From an uncultured Alphaproteobacteria bacterium (GTDB lineage Bacteria; Pseudomonadota; Alphaproteobacteria; Rhizobiales; Hyphomicrobiaceae): DNA of 64,000 nucleotides. Shown in pieces: positions 57,575 through 64,000 of the stretch (position 1 is the first letter of the stretch; every line of letters starts with the position of its first letter). The notes under the pieces were generated by a model. That model searched no databases. It saw only the letters and a program-made list of their open reading frames with translations, and was not told the DNA's origin. Made by a program: the position numbers and the translations under genes. The stretch lies in assembly GCA_963740475.1 (NCBI GenBank), contig CAVUEM010000012.1:23615-87614 (forward strand). The letters are read 5' to 3'.

Positions 57575-59824
57575 TCAGAACGCGGGACCGAAGCGGTTCG
57601 AGCGCGGGAAGCCCTTCGGTGCAAGGCGTCCCGACTGGGCGCGGACGCCAATCCAGTCGCCGAGCTCGCCCCAGGGCAGTGTGAAGAGCCGCCCCGCCGA
57701 ATCGAGCCACGTCAGCCCGTCCGCTTTACGGAAGATACGCGCGTCCTCGAGCCCGCCGTCCTTGAAGCGCTGCATGATCACGCCCCTGCCGCGGCCCATC
57801 TCGGGGAGCTCGTCCAAGGCAAATACGAGCATCTTCCGGTTCTCGCCGATTGAGGCGACATGATCGCCGTCGACGGGGACGCAGAGACGCGCCTCCTCGG
57901 GCGGCGTGACGTTGAGCACCTGCTTCCCCTTGCGGGTCGACGCCACGATCTCGTCCTCGGGCACGATGAAGCCGTAGCCCGCCGTCGAGGCGACGAGGAG
58001 GCGGCGCCCCGGCACGTAGACGAAGCACGCGACGAAGTCGTTGTTCTCCTCGAGATCGACCATGAGGCGCACCGGCTCGCCGTGGCCGCGCCCGCCGGGA
58101 AGCTGGCTCGCCTCGAGGGTGAAGAAGCGGCCGTTGGTCGCGAATAGGATGAGCTTGTCGGTGGTCTGCGCGCGGATCGCGTGCTTGAGACTATCGCCCT
58201 GCTTGAAGTCGAGCTTCGAGACGTCGTCCTGGTGGCCGCGCAGCGCCCGGATCCAGCCCTTTTCCGACAGGATGACGGTAATCGGCTCGCGCTCGATCAG
58301 CACCTGGTCGAGGTCGGCTTCGACCGCAGGCGCGTCGGCAAACGAGCTGCGCCGCGCCCCGAGCTCGGTCTTCTTCGAATAGCGGTCGCGGACCGCCCGC
58401 ACCTCGTCGGCAATGCGCACCCACTGCAGCTCGTCCGACTTCAGGAGCTGCTTTATTTCGCGACGCTCCTTGGACAGCCGGTCGTGCTCGGCGCGGATCT
58501 CGACCTCCTCGAGCTTGGACAATGATTTGAGCCGGAGATTGAGGATCGCGTCGGCCTGCACTTCGGTGAGCTTGAACTTGGCGATCAGCTTCGCCTTGGG
58601 GTCGTCCTCGTGGCGGACGATGCGGATCACCTCGTCGAGATTGAGGTAGGCGATGAGATAGCCGTCGAGCACCTCGAGCCGGTGCTCGATCTTCCTCAAG
58701 CGGTACTGGGAGCGGCGCACGAGCACGTCGACGCGATGCTCGAGCCACTGGCGCAATACGTCGCGCAACGAGAGCACGTTCGGGATCTGCCCCGCCGAAA
58801 GGACGTTCATATTGAGGCCGAAGCGCACCTCGAGCTCGGTCAGGCGATAGAGGCTCTCCATCAGCAGCACGGGATCGACCGCGCGGCTCTTGGGCTCGAG
58901 CACGAGGCGGATCTCCTCCGCGCTCTCGTCGCGCACGTCCGCGAGCAGCGGCACCTTCTTTTCCGTGAGTAATTCCGCGATGCGCTCGACCAGCTTCGCC
59001 TTCTGCACCTGATAGGGAATCTCGGTGACGACAATCTGCCAGGTGCCGCGGCCCGCCTCCTCCTTCTCCCACTTGGCGCGCAGACGGAACCCGCCGCGCC
59101 CCGTCTTGTAGGCCTCGAGGATGTCGGCCCGCGGCTCGACGATCACGCCCCCGGTCGGGAAGTCCGGCCCCGGGATCATCTCGACCAGCTTCTCGATGGT
59201 CGCGTTCGGGTGCTTGATCAGATGGAGCAGCGCGTTCGCCAGCTCCTCGACGTTGTGGGGGGGAATGTTGGTCGCCATGCCGACCGCGATCCCCGACGAC
59301 CCGTTGGCGAGGAGGTTCGGGAACGCCGCCGGCAGCACGATCGGCTCGCTGTTGGTCGCGTCGTAGGTCGGGCGGAAATCGACCGTCTCCTCGTCGATGC
59401 CGTCGAGGAGGGCGCCGGCGACGTCCGTGAGCCGGCTTTCGGTGTAGCGCATGGCGGCGGCGTTATCGCCGTCGATGTTGCCGAAGTTGCCCTGGCCGTC
59501 GACGAGAGGATAGCGAACGGCGAAACTCTGCGCGAGGCGCACGAGCGCGTCGTAGATCGCCTGGTCGCCGTGGGGGTGAAAGTTGCCCATCACCTCGCCG
59601 ACGATCTTGGCGCATTTCTTGTAGCCGGCCTCGGGGTCGAGCTTCAATTCGCGCATGGCGTAGAGGATGCGCCGGTGCACGGGCTTCAACCCATCGCGCA
59701 CATCGGGGAGCGCGCGGTGCATGATGGTCGAGAGCGCGTAGGCGAGGTAGCGCTCCTCGAGCGCGTCCTTCAAGTTCACGGGCTCGATCGGGCCGGGGCC
59801 CGGCAGAATCGGTTTCTGGCTCAT
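57575..59824 (-). CDS. parC: DNA topoisomerase IV subunit A
   Basis: [52 protein letters not shown] (catalytic Tyr), and a short CTD without a GyrA box. Confidence 0.97.
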   Translation of the reverse strand: MSQKPILPGPGPIEPVNLKDALEERYLAYALSTIMHRALPDVRDGLKPVHRRILYAMRELKLDPEAGYKKCAKIVGEVMGNFHPHGDQAIYDALVRLAQSFAVRYPLVDGQGNFGNIDGDNAAAMRYTESRLTDVAGALLDGIDEETVDFRPTYDATNSEPIVLPAAFPNLLANGSSGIAVGMATNIPPHNVEELANALLHLIKHPNATIEKLVEMIPGPDFPTGGVIVEPRADILEAYKTGRGGFRLRAKWEKEEAGRGTWQIVVTEIPYQVQKAKLVERIAELLTEKKVPLLADVRDESAEEIRLVLEPKSRAVDPVLLMESLYRLTELEVRFGLNMNVLSAGQIPNVLSLRDVLRQWLEHRVDVLVRRSQYRLRKIEHRLEVLDGYLIAYLNLDEVIRIVRHEDDPKAKLIAKFKLTEVQADAILNLRLKSLSKLEEVEIRAEHDRLSKERREIKQLLKSDELQWVRIADEVRAVRDRYSKKTELGARRSSFADAPAVEADLDQVLIEREPITVILSEKGWIRALRGHQDDVSKLDFKQGDSLKHAIRAQTTDKLILFATNGRFFTLEASQLPGGRGHGEPVRLMVDLEENNDFVACFVYVPGRRLLVASTAGYGFIVPEDEIVASTRKGKQVLNVTPPEEARLCVPVDGDHVASIGENRKMLVFALDELPEMGRGRGVIMQRFKDGGLEDARIFRKADGLTWLDSAGRLFTLPWGELGDWIGVRAQSGRLAPKGFPRSNRFGPAF

Positions 59825-59856
59825 GGGGATGGGCTAGCGCGGAAGGCGGCGCCGAA

Positions 59857-59877
59857 CAAGTCCGGGTTGTGGATGCA
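59857..59877. repeat. Direct repeat R1 (CAAGTCCGGGTTGTGGATGCA) in the parC upstream region
   Basis: 20/21 identical to 62778-62798. The 16-nt core also occurs at 60448-60463 with one mismatch. Confidence 0.85.
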
Positions 59878-59945
59878 CAGGCAGCTACCGAGCCAGGCAC
59901 ACGCGTGGTAGAAGATTACGAAATCTGAAGCTTTCGCTTGAAACC

Positions 59946-60194
59946 ATGCTGATCGAGCTCAAACCACGGATCGAAGCCCTGCTCAAGGCGCAGGTGGCGG
60001 CCGGGCATTACGCCTCGATCGAGGACGCCCTTACGGCCGCCGTGCTCGGTGCATCTCCGAGCGATGAAAAGCTCGGCGATCTCAGCTGGGCGCGATCGCA
60101 ACTCGACGAAGCCGACGCGGCGATAGCCGCAGGGCGAACGCACACCGAGGAAGAGACCTTCGCGGACCTCGAGCGCCGTCTGGGCAAACTTTGA
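59946..60194 (+). CDS. ParD-like type II antitoxin
   Basis: 82 aa, LKAQVAAGHYASIEDAL RHH-like segment, acidic C-terminus, 3 bp upstream of the toxin gene. Confidence 0.75.
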   Translation: MLIELKPRIEALLKAQVAAGHYASIEDALTAAVLGASPSDEKLGDLSWARSQLDEADAAIAAGRTHTEEETFADLERRLGKL

Positions 60195-60197
60195 GCG

Positions 60198-60447
60198 ATG
60201 GTCTCGGTCCGTTACGCGGCTCCCGCCAAGAACGACCTTGTAGAGATCGCGGACTACCTGGAACGAGAGGCTGGCGCGCGAGTCGCCAGGACCGTGCTGC
60301 AGCGCATTCGCCGCCAGGTTCGCACGCTCGAACGCGACGCCTATCGCTACAGGGAGCGACCCGAGCTCGGAGCGGGCCGCCGCGCCATCTTGATCGGCCC
60401 CTGGATTGCTTTTTACCGCATTGAGGGCGACACGGTCCGAGCGCGTC
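60198..60447 (+). pseudogene. RelE/ParE-family toxin, 3'-truncated (ORF reads through to 60710)
   Basis: VRYAAPAKNDLVEIADYL, YRERPELG and WIAFYRIEGDTV motifs. The expected final strand and (V)LHG..D tail are absent, and the sequence runs into repeat R2. Confidence 0.7.
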
Positions 60448-60463
60448 CCGGGTTGTGGATTCA
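60448..60463. repeat. Direct repeat R2 (CCGGGTTGTGGATTCA)
   Basis: 15/16 identical to the R1/R3 core. Embedded in the hairpin GCGTCCCGG...CCGGGGACGC. Confidence 0.75.
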
Positions 60464-60588
60464 CACCGGGGACGCCGCGGGTCTCGATCCGCTCCGTTTA
60501 CCCTCGCCCCGCTCCCCGCGAGGTTTGCGTTGCCAGGATGTCCTTGGCGTCGTTTATTGTCCGTGTTCACTCAAAAGGCCCAAGCTCG

Positions 60589-61500
60589 ATGGTCCTGCGT
60601 CATGTCGCAATTCGGCTCCTCCTCACGGCGATCCTCTTCTCGTTGTCGGTCGAGGTGCAGATGGCGCGTGCGGCCGAGGAGGCGCCGACCGCCCCAGCCC
60701 CGGCACCTGACGTGGCAGCTTTCAACAGCGCGAAGGCGCTCGGCACCGTGGAGGCCTGGAATGCCTTCCTCGCCAGCTACCCGACCGGCTTTTACGCCGA
60801 CTTGGCGCGCGCCTATCTGAGAACGCTGAAGGACCGGCCGACCGCTGCGACGCCGGCTGCCCCGGTCACCTACATCGCCCAGGAGCTCTCGTGCACGGAG
60901 CGGAGCAAGGTGCGCTCGCTCAACTCCGACGCTCCGACGAAGGTGACCTTCGTCAACGCTTCGCAAAGCTACCGCTCCATCCAGTGGATCGACTTCGAGG
61001 GCAAGCTCAAGGACTACGGCACGCTGAGCCCGGGCGACCAAATAACGCTCGACACGTACGTCACGCACCCCTGGCTCATCGGCACCCGGGCGAAGGAATG
61101 TCTGCATATCTTCATGCCCGACGCTGGGCCGGCGACCGTCGAACTCGCCCGGCTCGCGGACGCTGAGGAGGAGAGCCGGCCCGCGACGAAAGAGAAGCAG
61201 CCCGAAGAGCCGGCGCAGAAGAAGAGCACGCTCGTCTGCGCCAAGAACTACAAGCTTCGCAATGGAGAGTGCGTGCTCGTCCAGAACTGCGGAGCGAACG
61301 CCACGCGCAGCCCCGAGGGCGATTGCTACTGCAACAAGAATTACATGATGAGCAACGGCAAGTGCATCTGGAAGCAGGACAAGAAAGGCTTCGAGGTCGC
61401 CCCGTGGAAGAAGCAGGGCTGCTCGACGTGGCAGAAGCAGTGCAGCCAGGGAAGCAAAAAGGCCTGCGCGAAGTACGAGACAACCTGCCAGGTGAATTGA
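60589..61500 (+). CDS. Secreted modular protein: helical YPxG module + VHL beta-like domain + Cys-rich C-terminus
   Basis: Signal peptide, AWNAFLASYPTGFYADLAR, RSLNS..P..VTFVN.S...WIDFEG..Y.TL.PG..TY.THPW, and ten Cys in the C-terminal ~90 aa. Confidence 0.8.
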   Translation: MVLRHVAIRLLLTAILFSLSVEVQMARAAEEAPTAPAPAPDVAAFNSAKALGTVEAWNAFLASYPTGFYADLARAYLRTLKDRPTAATPAAPVTYIAQELSCTERSKVRSLNSDAPTKVTFVNASQSYRSIQWIDFEGKLKDYGTLSPGDQITLDTYVTHPWLIGTRAKECLHIFMPDAGPATVELARLADAEEESRPATKEKQPEEPAQKKSTLVCAKNYKLRNGECVLVQNCGANATRSPEGDCYCNKNYMMSNGKCIWKQDKKGFEVAPWKKQGCSTWQKQCSQGSKKACAKYETTCQVN

Positions 61501-61505
61501 CGTAG

Positions 61506-62486
61506 TCAGAGCGGCCGCGAGCTCGCGGGCGTCTCGGTGATGGCGCGCCTGATCGAGGCGAGAGGCGCTTGCGCATCGAACGTCACGCCATGGTCGTCCT
61601 TGGAGACACCCAGATCCCGCCAGAGCGCGTCGAGGTCGGGTGCAAAAGGCGCATCGCGCATTTTCTCGTAGAGGCCGGCCAGCACGGCTTCCCCCGTTGC
61701 ATTGTCGGCCACGGCGAGGCTGCGCTCGATCGACCAGTCCTGCTCGTTGGTGCCGCCTGAGGCGAGGATGGCGCGCAGCCCCTGCTGCAAGCCGACCCGG
61801 TTGCCCGTTTGCTTGCGGATCTCGACATCGGCGAGGAGACAGAAGATGGCGCCGCCCCAATACGTACGCCCCCACGTCGGCGTGTTGTCGAGCCCGCGGT
61901 CGCCGGCTTGGGGCAAGCCTTGCGGCATGTCGCGCACGAAGCTGCTCCAGATTTTCTCCTCCGTAAGGTCGCCCGCCTGAACGCGCGCGATGGACTCGAC
62001 ATAGACGGCGAGCCCTTCCGCCAGCCAGAGATGCGAGCGCGCCAAGTCCGGGAGCGCCAAGTGCACCATCTCGTGCACCGCCATCCAGTCTCGCACGAGA
62101 TCGCCCTCGGTCGTCTCGCGGCCGACCAGGAGACGGATCGCGGCGCCGCGATAGCCGAACGCTTGGCCCCCCTGCACGCCTCGCCCCGGAACCGGAACGA
62201 CGAGGAGCCTCGCCGATCGCACGGGGAACTCCCCGTAGTAGACGGAGACGGCTTTCGCCGATCGCTCGAGCCAGCTCAAAATGGATTGGCGCGGGAGAGC
62301 GAACTCGCCGGGAGCAAACCCGACGTTGAGCACGCCGCCCCCGACCGTGACCGGCGTGGTCGCGAGCTTGTCGAACGCGTCGTAGGGCATGCGCTCGCCC
62401 CTGAACGAGGGCGTGGCGGACGCCGGGCACGAGAGAGACGTCGCAAGGAGCAATGCCGACAAAAAAAACTGAGCGAATCTGACCAT
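61506..62486 (-). CDS. Secreted gluzincin-type (M1/M61-like) metallopeptidase
   Basis: Signal peptide, HEMVH zinc motif, downstream WLAEGLAVY third ligand, and RTYWGGA motif. Confidence 0.8.
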   Translation of the reverse strand: MVRFAQFFLSALLLATSLSCPASATPSFRGERMPYDAFDKLATTPVTVGGGVLNVGFAPGEFALPRQSILSWLERSAKAVSVYYGEFPVRSARLLVVPVPGRGVQGGQAFGYRGAAIRLLVGRETTEGDLVRDWMAVHEMVHLALPDLARSHLWLAEGLAVYVESIARVQAGDLTEEKIWSSFVRDMPQGLPQAGDRGLDNTPTWGRTYWGGAIFCLLADVEIRKQTGNRVGLQQGLRAILASGGTNEQDWSIERSLAVADNATGEAVLAGLYEKMRDAPFAPDLDALWRDLGVSKDDHGVTFDAQAPLASIRRAITETPASSRPL

Positions 62487-62556
62487 CTGGCCGAGCCTCC
62501 GGTTGGCACAAAGCACTGAGATGGTGTCTGACCGACGCCGAGTTAAGGGTTGTCGG

Positions 62557-62798
62557 GCGCATGGGGATCGAGAGCGCGATGGCGGGGGTGCGCGCGCAAA
62601 ACCTCGGTATGCTGAAGTCGAGCCAACCGCATCGGCGCGGCCATGTAGGCCGGCGGGGGTGGGGCTGGCCCAGGTGCGCTGCTCGAGCGCGTGCTTGCCT
62701 TCGCGCGATCGATCGGGCGGAGCAGCAGAACCGCCCGCTGGCTCATCGGGTTGGGCTAGGACGGGCGGGGCCCCGGGCAAGCCCGGGTTGTGGATGCA
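62557..62798 (-). pseudogene. Decayed duplicate of the parC promoter region and first ~37 codons
   Basis: 62677-62798 aligns with 59751-59877 (about 95/127 by hand) and 62557-62593 with 59717-59753 (28/37). Residual peptides MSQ, PID, KHALEQR and ALS..M correspond to MSQ, PIE, KDALEER and ALSTIM. Confidence 0.8.
62778..62798. repeat. Direct repeat R3 (CAAGCCCGGGTTGTGGATGCA)
   Basis: 20/21 identical to R1. GC content drops shortly after it. Confidence 0.85.
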
Positions 62799-62887
62799 TT
62801 CCCAAACCGGGCACGTCCCGCTATGCAGTTGTCGCAAATACGGATAAATCCAACTGCGATAAACCCCCAATCCTTTAAGGGCGTTTC

Positions 62888-64000
62888 ATGGCCAATTCTT
62901 ATAAAATGCGTATCTCCCGCCTAACAGTGGATAAGTTGGGAGTTAGATTATATGACAAAGTCTCGGCTGTAATTGCTGAGCTCGTATCTAATAGCTACGA
63001 TGCGGACGCTACAAACGTCTATATAGAAGCTCCTCTTGGCGAGTACCTGGCCAATAAGACTGGTGGAAAAATCCATGATAGGGACCTCGCGATTCATGTT
63101 GTTGATAACGGCATAGGGATGACCCCAGAGGAGGTCAATGACTTCTATCTGCGCGTCGGCGCGGAACGCCGCACCGAGACAAAGAGAGGTCGTGGTGATC
63201 TATCCCCAAAGTTTAGACGACGCGTGATGGGGAGAAAGGGCGTGGGAAAGCTTGCACCATTTGGGATTTGTCAGACCATCGAGGTGCTATCATCGGGCGG
63301 CGAACCGATCACTCGCAAGCGACGAGATGGCTCTAAGGAAAAGGGATACCTCACAGCCCACATAATCCTCGACCGCGCGAAGATACTCCAAGATACGGAT
63401 TTCGACTATAAACCCACGCTCGGTTCGCTAGATGACAGCCTACAAAAAACGGCGGGCACCCGCATCACTCTTCGCGGTTTTTCATATAGAAAAGTTCCGG
63501 ATGCTAGCACCTTCGCCCGGCAATTGGCTCAAAGGTTCGGCCTTTCCTCCGCAAATTGGCGAATTCGCGCTGCGGGACACCGCCAAAACGCTCCACGATT
63601 TCGAGTATGAAACTCTCGTGGGTGCTCTAAGTATTCCTCTTATTCCGGAAACAAAATTGGAATTCGTGGGCCCCGTCGGCCCTAATTTGGTTTGTGCTAC
63701 AGCTCAGGGGTTCTCTGCTAAAAGCTTCGATGGCACGTTGATAGCGGATCTTGAGGCAGGATTTTTTCACGAGAATTCGTTCTATCCAATAACAGGATGG
63801 ATGGGTTATTCCAAGGAGCCGTTAAAAGACGACCTGATGGCCGGCATTCGAGTTTATTGTCGAGGGAAAATCGCCGCCCAAACAATGCTTTTCAATAAGG
63901 GGGCAGGCTTTCATGGCGAGCACAGTATTCGATCGTATCTCGTCGGGGAGGTGCATGCCGACTGGCTCGACGCGGACGAAGATTTGATTCTCACTGATAG
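62888..64000 (+). CDS. GHKL (MutL/MORC-like) ATPase, partial, runs off the window (apparent +1 frameshift ~63566)
   Basis: AELVSNSYDADA, VVDNGIGM, GRKGVGKLAPF and GTRITL motifs. The +1 frame stays open to the window end (GIRVYCRGK, YLVGEVHADWLD). Visibly lower GC with A/T-ending codons. Confidence 0.85.

Larger units (their letters stand above)
59878..62556. mobile_element. Putative integrated-element remnant between the live and displaced parC 5' ends
   Basis: Bounded by homologous parC 5' segments and carries a TA module plus accessory genes. No integrase in the interval. Confidence 0.5.

Noticed and set aside
62543-62746. 67-aa ORF MSQRAVLL as a novel protein
   Set aside because: It is the frameshifted parC 5' remnant.
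791-62870. Many long overlapping antisense or alternate-frame ORFs (e.g. 791-2446, 26203-27957, 32421-34007, 60571-62562)
   Set aside because: They are shadows of real high-GC genes, with Arg/Ala/Gly/Pro-rich translations and no family motifs.
63560-63610. GHKL ATPase ending at 63610
   Set aside because: The +1 frame stays open with family-like sequence to the window end, so the stop is probably an indel artefact.
1-64000. CRISPR array, tRNA, rRNA, tmRNA, IS transposase or integrase
   Set aside because: No regularly spaced repeats, cloverleafs or recombinase motifs were seen by eye. A tRNAscan/Infernal/ISEScan run would be needed to exclude them fully.

Overview
High-GC alphaproteobacterial chromosomal window (Hyphomicrobiales-like by gene content). 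Bases 91-35808 form a compact lanthanide-type methylotrophy island: H4MPT/methylofuran C1-transfer and cofactor genes (pcbD, mptG, mtdB, orfY, mch, orf5, orf7, fae, orf17, orf9, orf19-22, folB), a PqqT-like ABC system, a lut-like PQQ-ADH-associated ABC system, xoxF-xoxG-xoxJ-rhodanese, SoxH/SoxYZ-like relay genes, mxaD/mxaE-like genes and fhcBADC. No mxaF/mxaI is in the window. Bases 35.9-57.5 kb hold mixed housekeeping and small exported-protein genes (bactofilin, corA, chrA, rlpA, modEABC, patatin, di-haem peroxidase, BT1 transporter, rimK, bpt/ate), followed by parC. The most unusual observations are four. (1) A decayed duplicate of the parC promoter and first ~37 codons lies 2.8 kb upstream of the live gene. 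The two copies bracket a truncated ParDE module, a secreted protein with a VHL-like domain and a gluzincin, and a low-GC GHKL-ATPase gene starts just beyond, suggesting an integration hotspot at the parC 5' end. (2) A ~137-bp palindromic repeat is inserted in frame inside orf17. (3) There are three paralogous ~67-aa four-cysteine proteins. (4) A two-hairpin CTAG-bounded element is present in three copies. Several genes carry single-base frameshifts that look like read errors. All alignments were done by eye and family names come from recalled motifs, not searches.
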